Shown in pieces: positions 39,801 to 52,046 of a stretch of DNA of 64,000 nucleotides. Numbering within the stretch: the first letter of the stretch is position 1; each line of letters starts with the position of its first letter. A program made the position numbers and the translations under genes. The stretch comes from Podarcis pityusensis. Taxonomy: Eukaryota. The notes below the pieces were generated by a model. It ran no database searches and was not told where the DNA came from. It was given only the letters and a program-made list of their open reading frames with translations. The stretch lies in the NCBI GenBank assembly GCA_964106645.2, contig OZ067044.1; one strand, 5' to 3'.

Positions 39801-42663
39801 TTTGGAATCAGACCAAATTAGGGCCTTTTCTCATGACATCAGCAACAGAGCTCTCAGCAGGCCTAGTATTATGAACTGAAACTGTAATATTCAGGATGGT
39901 TTCTTAAATTTTATGAAATTACACATGCAGGGGCAGAAACAAACATGTAGACACACATCCTCACACATACAAGCTACCCACACCACACATGGTTTTATAA
40001 TCTGTCTGAAGCAACTGGTATGCAACAGACCCATGCTAGTTACTCCAGCCTCTCTCTTTCAAGAATCCCAGTGCGGCAACCCTTGTAGCGTGAATTCAAA
40101 GTTCTTACCTGTAACCTGCTCTAAAGCTGCTGCGCAGTTAAGAGTGGCAACAAATATTTTAAATAAAAAGAGATGGGCAGGGGGAAAGAGAGAAAAGGCA
40201 ATTCAGGCACAATTTTTAGAATAAGTGGATTGAACGGAACAGTCCAGGGAGAAAATAAGTCCAACTGAGCTGGTCCCCCTGCTAACTCACTTTCAATCTT
40301 GCCCAGGTGGTATCTCTCCCTTTGTAATGGCTACTGCTGGCTGGTAGCTGAAGGAAAGAGGAGCCACTTCCAAGTTGGCCCACTTCCATTTCTCCCTGTG
40401 CTGTTGTAGTCTGTCAGGTGGAATGGCAGCTAAAAGCGGTATATTGTTCGAGAAATATTAGCAAGAAATTGTTTGCTGGTAGTATTCGAATCTTGTAAGA
40501 TCCATAGACAAGAAATTTAATATGAAAGCTCACAAAGATGAGTGCAGCATAACAAGCTTGTTATCAATATAAGCTAATGCTGGCAAGATTGTCTGTTGTA
40601 TGTCAAAATATTTGGGGTTTTAGAAATAACAACGTTAAATAGCAAATTTGCCTAATTGTACTCATGATTCACTCAAACTGGTCAGATTCTAATGCATGAG
40701 TTGTTAACACGGCTCTGGCAGGCATTCCCTGGTGCTCACAGGGACCTGTTCCACACACTCCAATCTGGATGAAATGGGGCTTGAAAGAAACCTTGTAAAA
40801 TAGTCAGTAGAAGACATTTCTCAAATCCATTTGCAACATGAAGGGGTTAACTCTCCAGCTGCTGACTAATATGGTCAGAGTTCGAGAGGGAAGACAGTTC
40901 TCTTAGAAAATGTGGATTCTACTTCCAGTCAATATGAGAGCATATTCACCACCACATGAACCTCCATTTCAAAAAAGAGAATTAAAAATGGGCAAAAAGT
41001 TATAGATATTTTGTTAAATCCGTTATGAAAAACTGTAACAGACACAGTAATATACAGTTTACCTCAAATGTCAGTGCAGCTAAGAACATCTCAGGCGAGG
41101 CAAGCAAAAGGTAGGTATTTTGCTAGCAGTGAGATGGTGGCAGCGGCAGCAGAAATGGTAGTGGATGGGATCAGAAGTACTTCACACTCTTTCTCTTCCA
41201 GCCTTCTCTTCCCTACTTGATGCTTCCTCAGCTGGTTAAATCTCACCACCACCATGTGATTCTCATCATGACTGGTGTCATGCTACTATTAAGGGTCCGT
41301 CCCCCCATAAGCTTAATAACAGCATGAATGCACAGGGCAGGTAATTTCAATCAGAACTATAGATTTAAAGATTTAAAGCTCCTGAGAAGCTTCCTCTTCT
41401 CCCTCCCTGCTAGGTTGGCTAGTTACACAGAAACAATTAAATACCCTTCCTTTCCATTGGAGGTCCTTGGTGCACCAACTAGCTTAGTCACAGAATAGAA
41501 TGAAACAAAACCAGGTTTTCCTACTAATTCAAGGAGAAAATAATTCTGACTTGGCAAAATATGACCATTGGCTTCCAAGATGTGTGTGCTGTGGGAGGAA
41601 GTGGTGGACGGCCATGCCATTCAGTGAAGGAAGTGAAGGAAGCTAGACACAGACATTTTTACAGCCTCTGTTCCTTCATCCCCAACTGAACCTGGTGCGT
41701 TGGATAGTTGTTTCTGTGTTGGATATGTTTTGCTTTTAGAAGTTTTAATTGTTTTATCACCTGTGTGCTTGCTGCCACGGGTTCCTTTGGGATACAAATT
41801 TAATAAAGTTCTGGTTGCTTGCCTTGGGCACGCCTTCCAGGAAGGAGAAGAAAATCCTATCCCTGTTTTATATTGCAAGAGACTCTTGACCTATGCTGCT
41901 ACCAGTGCTGACAAACCTAGAAAGCACATTTTTTTTGCTGATAATCTTTTGACCTTCACACACAACAAAATCTTGCAGGCTTACACAACCAACATTTACA
42001 TTACTCTGTCAATGCACACCCACACATAGGGATTTCCCCCTCCATTTGAGGAGAAACTCAAATATGAATAAACCAATTTGTTATTTTCAGCGTCCTATTT
42101 TCAACAAAGGCCAACCAGATAACTTCAAGATACTGGCCATAAAGGAAACAATCATGTTGTCTCCTGCTTGTGGGCATCCCATTGAGATCTGGTTGGACAC
42201 TGTCACAACAGGATGCTGGACCAGATTATATATGGCCAGATCTAGCAGGGCTCTTCTTATTTTCTATGTCCCCTCTGGCATGATATGCCCCTAGCAGGAC
42301 CAGCACGGTTCTGGATGAGACCTTGGAGGAAGAGCTGATCCAATTATTAAGCCCACTTGAAGCTACAGTTCTGAAGGAACCAACACAAACTGGCTGGCAT
42401 CAGCACCAACCCACTCCCTGCACTCAGAATCAGAACTCTGATTGCAGGTCAGGAAGGGACGCAGCAGCTAAACCAGCTATAAACCTGCTTAGCTGGAACG
42501 TAGCCAGAATTGAAGCAACACCGTATCCTGCTATGCTCTCTGCTGGACAACTCTTATCCTTAATATATTGATGTCTCATCCCTAGATTGGCTCATTGGTC
42601 TCTCTGAATTTTGAGCCATGTGTAAGAGATGGCTGGAATGAGATACAGCAACTGGTATTCAGT

Positions 42664-42980
42664 GGTAAAAGAGGTAAAGGGACCCCTGACCATTAGGTCC
42701 AGTCGTGGCCGACTCTGGGGTTGCGGCGCTCATCTCGCTTTATTGGCCGAGGGAGCTGGCGTACAGCTTCCGGGTCATGTGGCCAGCATGACTAAGCCGC
42801 TTCTGGCGAACCAGAACAACGCACGGAAATGCCGTTTACGTTCCCACCGGAGTGGTACCTATTTGTCTACTTGCACTTTTGATGTGCTTTCGAACTGCTA
42901 GGTTGGCAGGAGCAGGGACCGAGCAACGAGAGCTCACCCCGTCGCAGGGATTCAAACCGCCGACCTTCTGATCAGCAAGT
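42664..42980 (-). mobile_element. Sauria SINE, slightly 5'-truncated
   Basis: Near-identical to 17043-17393 but lacks the first ~35 nt of the head. Confidence 0.92.
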
Positions 42981-44727
42981 AGCAGCTAATAGCCGCCGAT
43001 AGACCTCTCATCCACATTTTTTAAAGTTCCTCATGACGATGTGATGTGGCAGGCTTGATAGCTGTGCCTGATGAGCTGCCCATCAACTGGAAGGCCCCTG
43101 CTCCTTAACATAATCTAGGGAAGGGGGGGAGAGAAAGAGAGAGAGCACACAGCTTCGCTGACAGTTGAGACGTGTCAGAGAAGCTAGGTGACGTCTCCCA
43201 AACCTGTCCTTGTTACACACACAGCTGTTCTAAGCCTTCTCTTGAGACCCTAGGGATAGGAATAAGGTAGGTAGGAATTGTTAACAAGCTTGTTTGCATT
43301 AGAACTGGAATGTATGTTCTATAAGCTAACCCTTTTTTCCAATCATCAAGCTCTGTCCTTTTAGTCTAGGAATAACGTTAAGCACTATTTTCGGAATTTG
43401 GTGGAACTGTGGTGGACTCCTGACTGGAGAAATATTTCCCTGCTGTCTTCTCCCTTGATGCCTGACCTTCTACTCTGCTCACATTGTTCCGATTTATTAG
43501 GAATAAGGGTGCTCTCAGCCCAAGCAGAGAAAAGTAGCAAAACAAGGAGTAGTGGCATTAACCTCACTGGGGCAGAAATAGGATGTGTTTTGCTTTTTAT
43601 TTAAAGTTGGAGAGCCTCCTAGGTCAAAGGCGTTGGGCATCAAGTTTCCCTTTTAAAGTAATCATCACCATAGCTTGTGATCACAAATTTCCATATGAAC
43701 TAAGCATTGTGAATAAGTACTTTTCTTCTGAACTGTTTGTTAATCAATTTCATTTGGTGACTCTGAATTCTACTACTGTAAGATAAAAGGTCCCTAGTCA
43801 TTTTCTCTACATAGGCAAACTTTCACAAGCCTCTATCCCAGCCCATTATACTTTTCATAAACTACTACCATGTCTTCACACTCAGTTACCTTTCTTCCTA
43901 AGCTAAAAAGCCTCTACATTTCCTCATTAGGAAGGTGGTCCAACCACTTTATCACCTTGCTTCCTCTGTCTACACCTTTTCCCAGTTCTAAATATATGTA
44001 TATTTTAAATGGAGAGCACTACAAATACACCCACAACATATATTTATTATACTGTACAGGCATTACAATCTTGGCGGCAGTTTTATTTTCAGTCTATTTC
44101 CCAATAATCCCTAGCACAGAATTGGCTTTTTTCACCACTGCCTCACAAGGCTGCCTTTGATGCTATACAAATTGCTTGCTCTTTCTGAACAGTTATCACC
44201 AAGATCCATACCCTGAGAATAAAAGTGTGAAATTCTAGACAGGCCTTTCTTTGAAGAATATGTGAACCAAAAGTCTCTTGACTGATAGAAAGCCTGAAAC
44301 GGCACACTTCAGATAGATTCAGACACAGCTATAGAATCCAACTGCGGTACAGAATAACCAGCAATTCCCGATCTGTATCGTTACTGTCTCTTTTCCTTGC
44401 TGGTGTTTCCTGCTGCTCTATACTCTCACTGCTCATCAATATCACAAGGGCAAATATATTTTGAGGGAAAGGCTGAATTGCTAAGTGAATTATCACATAG
44501 AGCCTTGGGAGAAGGATTATTCAATTTCTGTTTTTGGTTTTCTACTGCCAGTATTCCAGACTGAATACACACAAACCACAAGCTTTTATAAGCATATTTC
44601 CTTTCTTAGAGGTACTCTCCTTCTGATATAAAAGAGAAGTAAATTTCCTTTGCAACCAGCCTTCACCAAATAAACACCTTAGATCAAATATAGTAAAAAA
44701 TCTTCCTCCCTCCCTTCCAGTATTTAC

Positions 44728-44925
44728 CTCCACTTCACAGCCGTATTCTGAGCCATCTAGAAGGATTACTTTGCACTGCATATTTTTCGGTTTTTTGACA
44801 ATCTTTAGAGGAGATCTGGAAAGCTTGCTTGAGGATGATTTTTGAGAGAGCTTGTCGTCTTCAAACTGCTGGTATTCCAGTTGTTTTGCTGCTGCAGCAG
44901 CAAATTCGCGTTCTTTGTCACTGCC
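44728..44925 (-). CDS. EPB41L3: EPB41L3 exon, end of U1 and start of FERM-N (GSDKEREFAAAAAKQLEYQQ...MQCKVILLDGSEYGCEVE)
   Basis: 198 nt, tgtag acceptor, GTAAAT donor, phase 0/0. Confidence 0.96.
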
Positions 44926-46988
44926 CTACAAAGAGAAAATAGGGAGATTAAGTTCTAATTTCAGATTAAAAAAATGTGGCCGATTGCAGCGAGCTTTCAG
45001 AATCACAAGGTACAATCAGACATCCCTTACAGAGGACTAGTTAGAGCCACATTTTGAAACTGCAACGTAACTGCAGTGCAGAGAAATTTCATTCAATGTT
45101 TTGAAAAGCTTTTCTAGTCAATGAAACTGCTACTCCATTTTATAACTCCTAATTCATAGTGTAAAGTGTTGAGAATTATCATTTCAGCATATGACATATA
45201 TTAACCTTTGCAGGAGTCTTGAGTTTTATATTTCTAATAATTTAGTGTTTTCATCATAGGTACACACACAATATTTACATTTAACAGAGATCAGATTTGA
45301 TTATTTATTTTTATTTCATAAAATGTATATACCACTTGATTGTAGAAAAACCGCAAAGCAGTTTTTTTTTTAAAAAAAGATATAACAATAAAACTATCTC
45401 TAAAAAATTGCAACCATAATTTTAAACATACAGAAGGTTAAAACTGCAGTGAAATAGACTAAATTGAAATGCCTACAAACTTTCTAAACATCTGGGCAGA
45501 GCTGATAATTCATAATGCATAAAAAGGAGTCTGAGTTTAAAAGATCCAATGTGACATATGGCTGAATGCAATATGTCCCCTTTCAGGAAAGAAGGGAATG
45601 AAGATTATAGTCCAGCCAACACAGTGTGCTCTTTCCACCTGGCAGTTACATTCCAATGCCATTGCCACTTTAGTGGCAGCTAACTCTGTACACAGCTCTT
45701 CCACAACTAGTTCAGAAGCAACATTTCAGCAGCAACTAAAATGTAGTAATACGTTAGTTAAAGCTTAGAAATTTAATCTTATTTTCATCTGGCCATCATA
45801 AAAAACAAATCTGATTCAGCTCAAAATGACTTCATAGTAAGTCAGCAGCATGCAGAACTGACATCCATCACAAATTAATCCTCCAAGTCCGTTTCCTTCA
45901 TTGTAACAAGTCTCCATGAGAATGAATCAAATCTGGCCAAAAGCCTTAATCTGCTTTCAGAGCCAAAGAACTGTGTGTTGCACAATATGTGGGAAAGTGC
46001 AGGGCTTCACTGAATATACATGGTGAGAGGAATTACATTTGCTTGTGAAAACTAGTGGGTGGTACAGAGAAAACAGATACACACACACACACACACAAAC
46101 CAGCTGGTAATATTTAGTTTGATCTATAAACAGGAGCATTAGTATTTCAAAAGGAAAGGATGTGGATATGAATGTCTAGAAGTAGCTAACCAGGACAAAA
46201 CTAAGCCGGGGAGAATTTATCCAGGTTAGACTGTCACAGAAGAACCTTTATAGTAATTTGTGCTGTGCACAAAAACATGCCAGGAACTATTATAGCAGGA
46301 CCCCAAACTGTCAAGATGTGTTCATGCACCTTCACAGGGAATTAAGTCTCATCTTCCTAAAGAAGCCTGACATCCTGTTCATGCAGTTATCTAGGGCAAA
46401 ATGACCAGGGAGACACAACTTGCATTCAGTATTTTATTTTTTATTTTACATGCATAAATGCACATTCTTTCATGTGTGATGAACTCTTTTTCAAAGGTTA
46501 TTTGTGATGCATTTCCACAAGCAATTTGATTATCTGGCTAATGGCACCATAAATTAACATCTAACAGGGAAGAAAAATTGTGTTAAGGCTCTTTTTGGAT
46601 CAAGCTACCTTCAGCTATACTCAGAGCAACAATGAAATTGCTCAAATTTTCACACAGGAGGACTTCCCATTGCTTTCTTTGTGTGTGTGGGGGGGAGGGA
46701 TCTAAATATTTATTTCTAACCGGACTAATCTATACATTTTGGTTTGTAACTTTGGTTCAGAGTTTGATATAATAATGTCTGATTAGCCCAACAACACCTG
46801 TTGTTGATGGAGTAAAGAATGTATGTATTATTCTAACCAAAGCCTACAATATAGTTAGTTAGAGATGGGAAACCTATTCCATACATGCCTTGTTTTGAAG
46901 GGGGCAATGCAGCTGGTTATCCATGCACACTGCTCTTGGCTTAATGCTAATACACATGCCATGTCTCTTTAAACAAAGTTGTGAACTA

Positions 46989-47214
46989 CAGTGGTACCTC
47001 GGGTTAAGAACTTAATTCATTCTGGAGGTCTGTTCTTAACCTGAAACTGTTCTTAACCTGAAGCACCACTTTAGCTAATGGGGCCTTCTGCTACCGCTGC
47101 GTCGCCGCCGCACGATTTCTGTTCTCATCCTGAAGCAAAGTTCTTAACCCGAGGTAATATTTATGGGTTAGTGGAGTATGTAACCTGAAGCGTATGTAAC
47201 CTGAGGTACCACTG
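46989..47214. mobile_element. Tc1/mariner (Tigger-like) MITE
   Basis: TA|cagtggtacctcgggtta ... taacctgaggtaccactg|TA, with repeated internal ttaacctga motifs. Confidence 0.9.
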
Positions 47215-47816
47215 TATATAATCACAGTCATTGCTGTCTGCCTCCTTTGTTTCCTTTCCCATTAACAACATTCTAATGTGATACACCTTGTTTATGTCCA
47301 AAAAGCAATGCTTTATTAAAGAGGGGGAAAGCCTCAGGGCTGAGAATTTTTTCAGTGTTGACACAACTGAAAGTAGTTTAAATGTAGTCATTTTGTAAGT
47401 ACCAGGCCTTAATGGATGTAAGGTTTTGTTAGTTTCAAACATCACTCAACCCCAAATAAAATGGGATTTCAACAGGTGTTAAAGTGGAAATGTGTTGCCA
47501 AACTCTTCAAAATGTGCAGTTATCTAACACTGTGATGAATAGCGAAAGGTCCCCCCCCCTTTTAACAATGGCAATAGGTTTTAAAAATTAAGCCCAGCAT
47601 GTAAGACAATCTGACAAAAATTACAAAAATATTATATGACTGAAATTGAGAGAGGGGAGTAGTATCTAACCTGTCCCCTCCATCCCCAGTAGATCACCAA
47701 TCAGTGTGCAAGAGTACTGTTTAATCAGACTGAAATCTGTGTCTAAGTAAAGTTATGCATTGGCTTTCTAGTGTATGTTAAGACTTTTAAAGAAATTATC
47801 CAAGTTCTGATCTTAC

Positions 47817-48035
47817 CGGTTCCTTTTTCACAGGAGTGCTGTGAGCTGCAACACCAGAAAATTGTTCTAATGCATTCTGGTGCTCTTCCCTCAGCTGCTG
47901 TTGCTGTTGCTGTTGTTGTTGTTGCTGCTGCTGTCCTTGGGCCCCTGTCCCACCTGATCCTTGTTGACCCGAAGCTTCTTTCTGCTCTTGATCCTGATCC
48001 TTTGATTCAGAATCTGATCCAGATTCTGTAGTCAT
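47817..48035 (-). CDS. EPB41L3: EPB41L3 first coding exon (exon 47817-48046 including 11 nt 5'UTR); U1 region with 13-Gln tract
   Basis: Acceptor AG at 48048-48047, accATG context, 73 codons MTTESGSDSESK...HSTPVKKEP, donor GTAAGA, phase 0. Confidence 0.95.
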
Positions 48036-50344
48036 GGTTGATTATTCTACAACACAAATAAAACTATTCAGTATCATAAAAAAATCGAAAGAAGGCAAAA
48101 ACTGAATTGACAAACAAGTAAGATGGTTTTAAGTGTGGGTGGCAAAGTTAAGACCATTTGTGGGTGACGGGGAGTCACACCCACCCACCTATCTCTTCAC
48201 ACAAGGGGATTTTTTTATTAGTTGTCTTCACACCTGCTCTCCTGTCCCCTCACCACACTTAGATGGTCTGAATTTGTTTGAATGCAGATTCTTCGTAACT
48301 CTGGTCACTGAATCCAGCTACCAGAACTAGTCCTACCTAGGGACTTGTTTAAGATTGTAGAGGACTATAAACCATTTGTCAGATAACTAATCACCCTTTG
48401 TCCAACTCTTCCAACAGAATCCCAAGGAAATAAAATTGAAAACATCCTGTTCCTGCTTGGCGGCTCAATGCAAAATCTCTGTGCGACTCAGGAATATCAC
48501 AAAAATAAGGGTCTCACCATGGCCTGGCTGTAGCCCATGACACACCTTTTAAGCATTTAGACAATTTTAAAACTCAAGAGTAAAAGTTTTCAAATGAATA
48601 AATGCAGCATTGTCACAATTTGAATCTATCAAAAACAAAAGTATGACCGTAACGATCTGATTTTGTTAATCACCATGTAATTTGCCTTAAATCTGGTAGC
48701 CATAATAATTTATTTAATTGAGTAACTATGCAATTAACAGAGGGGAAATACTCCTTTAAAAAGAAAATCAGTATTTTTGCTGATAAGGACCTGTCCACTA
48801 CCTACTGCTATGTTCGCATTGTGATGTTCTTCACTAATCATCAATTATCACTGTAGGGGTCACTTTAGTAATGACTCAAAATCATCACTTAGATGGCCCA
48901 CCTCAAACTCTTCCCAATTAAATATATTGTATGGGGTTGCCTATCTTCAGAAGGGTGGACTAAAAGTATAACAAATTTTAACTATGGTTTAATCATGTGA
49001 TGGCTGAACCAGGCCACTGTATGAAAGTCTAGTATTATAATTTAGTAAAACAGCCCTAGTAAAAATAACAAAATCCATTCTTGCAATCCTACTGAAAAGT
49101 TATCTATGGAAGTTACAGAGCAAATCGTACATAAAAAAGTTTATGAAAATAGGTTTGATGTATTTATTTAACAAAATTTATATATCACTTGATTGTAACA
49201 AAAACCTCTACACACTTTACAAAAATATAAAATAAAAACATTTAAAATATAAATTAAAAAAGTAAAACAGGTTTTTTTAAATGATAAAAGTGTGCGGGGG
49301 TGGGGTGGGGGTGTGTAGCCTAAAATTTGTAGTCTGCAAATAAACAACAAAGGAAAAGAAACTGGAAACACGGGGTGCAAATTCTCACATGAAGTTTATT
49401 GCAACATTTCTTTTTTAAGGAAACAGCAATAATAAACAGTGTAACTTATTGACTTCACTCCATACCAAAAACAAAAAGAGTATTTGTGAAAGGCATTATT
49501 ATAGCCAGATAGCTCTGGAAACCGAATACAAATGAACAATAAATATTTCATCAAGCAATTAAGGAGGAAAGAAGGGTTCACTAAAATGGCTCATTACAAT
49601 CCTCAATAGACTCACTTTCAAAAAAACCATTCAGGTCTAATCTCCTTCTTTTCTGACCTTTTTTTTTAAAAAAAGTATTTTTCTTCTGATTTCCTTGCTG
49701 AGCATTTGCTTTCTTCTTTTCCCTCTGATTGATGACTACAGTGCACTTTCTGTAAAGGCTTCACTGGGATAGTTCAGCTTATTGCCTCATCACTTTTTTG
49801 TTGGAGAAACATCATTAGTACAACCTATTGCTTCTATAGTTGCTGTAAAGTGCCTTGTTTACAAGGGGTGCATGCACACATATTATTCACCATTTAAAAG
49901 CTTGATTAATTGAATGCTTTAAAAGACAATATGTGTTTGAGACAGAAGTTCATCAGCAATTTGTCCCAGCTATGCACAAAGTACTGTAATTCTCTGTCTT
50001 TTCTCTAGTATGGAACATGTAGAAATATCATCAGTGTATGATCAAGATTTTGCCCCTGAACTAAAATGTGACCTGACAACTACATAGCTGGTAATTATAA
50101 ATCACTAACGTTTCTTAAATTTCATATTTATTATGCTTGAGTTGCTTACATCTTACTGTATCCTGGAGAAGAGCATGGGTGACAGTAGAAATCCTCCCAG
50201 GGGACAAGGATATATACTGCATTATTTTGTGAGTTTATTAAAAGCATGCAAGATCTGCACGCCTGCCTAGCCAGCATGAGGTTACCTGTATATTTCATTT
50301 CCCCCAATACTATCACAAGCCCCTGAAATGAGTCTAAGATGTCT

Positions 50345-50816
50345 TGCTGTTGTTTAGTCGTGTCCGACTCTTCGTGACCCCATGGACCAGAGCACGCCAG
50401 GCACTCCTGTCTTCCACTGCCTCCCGCAGTTTGGTCAGACTCATTCTGGTAGCTTTGAGAACACTGTCCAACCATCTCGTCCTCTGCCGTCCCCTTCTTC
50501 TTGTGCCCTCAATCTTTCCCAACATCAGGGTCTTTTCCAGGGAGTCTTCTCTTCTCATGAGGTGGCCAAAGTCTTGGAGCCTCAGCTTCATGATCTGTCC
50601 TTCCAGTGAGCACTCAGGGCTGATTTCCTTAAGAATGGATAGGTTTGATCTTCTTGCAGTCCATGTGACTCTCAAGAGTCTCTTCCAGCACCATAATTCA
50701 AAAGCATCAATTCTTTGGCGATCAGCCTTCTTTATGGTCCAGCTCTCACTTCCATACATCACTACTGGGAAAACCATAGCTTTGACTATATGGACCTTTG
50801 TCGGCAAGGTGATGTA
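50345..50816 (-). mobile_element. BovB (RTE) LINE 3' end, 5'-truncated, with 12-nt TSD
   Basis: ITLPTKVHIVKAMVFPVVMYGSESWTIKKA...AWRALVHGVTKSRTRL; TSD tctaagatgtct at 50333-50344 and 50817-50828. Confidence 0.95.
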
Positions 50817-51672
50817 TCTAAGATGTCTAGAATGCTTCAATATCCTATTCTGTTTTTTCTATGTGGATCATATTGAACTGTGCTAAAACATGCAACAGGA
50901 ATCAAAATGTCTATATTTTAATAATATAGTAAATTGGGCCCAAATTTTCAAGAAATATCCACATGGTTCAGTGATACAAGAATATAGAAAAGGCAACAGG
51001 AAGCAAAAAAAAAATACAATCTATGGGCAACTGCTTATATGTATTGTTTTTAAAGCGATATAAAATAAAAACATTCGAACACAATTTACATTAATGGCCG
51101 CTCGGTCACTGGTGTAAATTCTGTAAAGATCTTAGGCAACACAACTAACATTTAATCAAATCAATAGTTTTTAACTATAAGAATTTATGGATCTCACGAC
51201 ACCCATTTTCTGTTCATGATCATATTATGCTCATTAGTGCTGTCATATATTCAGTTTACTTTAAAATAATCAACAGTAAAATGCCAACAGAAACCAGAAT
51301 GATGTGTCTTCAAGAGACTTAATTTATTTTTGCATTGGTTCTTTGTTCTACACATTGACTACTACAGCACATACGAAAATACCCTTACTTTATGCAAATG
51401 AGGTTATTTAAGCATTGCCTTTTAGTTTTTCTCATCTAGGTAGATATGTTTCTGTGAATGTCTCTCTATGCTCAACATCTAAATGTGAATGAGACTGCCT
51501 CACACTTTTAAAATGGTTATCCTAAACTTAACATATGCATACTAATAGGCTCCAACTCCTAGGGGCCAAGGTCCTTTTGCCCCCCCAATTGAATATTTTA
51601 GGGGGCTCCCTCCCCCCAAAGTTGTGCATTTGCCACATCTTGTGATAGATTATGTGGGGTGGGGCTTACATA

Positions 51673-51809
51673 AAGGTAAAGGTACCCCTGCCCGTACGGG
51701 CCAGTCGTGTCCGACTCTAGGGTTGTGTGCCCATCTCACTTAAGAGGCTGGGGGCCAGCACTGTCCGCAGACACTTCCGGGTCACGTGGCCAGCGTGACA
51801 AGCTGCATC
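51673..51809 (-). mobile_element. 5'-truncated Sauria SINE (second subfamily) nested in an older MITE-like repeat (~51546-51857)
   Basis: ACCTTT tail; TSD tggggcttacata at 51660-51672 and 51810-51822. An uninterrupted relative of the host element lies at about 63500-63670. Confidence 0.88.
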
Positions 51810-51939
51810 TGGGGCTTACATACCCCTCCCCATATTGTATTCAAGTTGGAAACCCTGCTAGCAATTAGAAAAACAGTATATATTAAAATAAAAAAAATCC
51901 TTCCAGTAGCACCTTTAAGACCAACTAAGTTAGTTCTTG

Positions 51940-51977
51940 GTATGAGCTTTCGTGTGCAAGCACACTTCTTCAGATAC
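51940..51977 (-). ncRNA. Minimal type I hammerhead ribozyme motif, mirror copy, sense to EPB41L3 pre-mRNA
   Basis: Exact reverse complement of 52009-52046. Confidence 0.75.
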
Positions 51978-52008
51978 ACTGAAACAGAAGTTGCCAGATC
52001 CTTTCAGT

Positions 52009-52046
52009 GTATCTGAAGAAGTGTGCTTGCACACGAAAGCTCATAC
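52009..52046 (+). ncRNA. Minimal type I hammerhead ribozyme motif
   Basis: GUAU-CUGAAGA-A-GUGUGC-UU-GCACAC-GAAA-GC-UC^AUAC: stem I GUAU/AUAC, conserved CUGANGA and GAAA, stem II hairpin, palindromic AGCU stem III. Confidence 0.75.

Noticed and set aside
50344-50886. 180-aa plus-strand ORF
   Set aside because: It is the antisense frame of the BovB fragment, not a gene.
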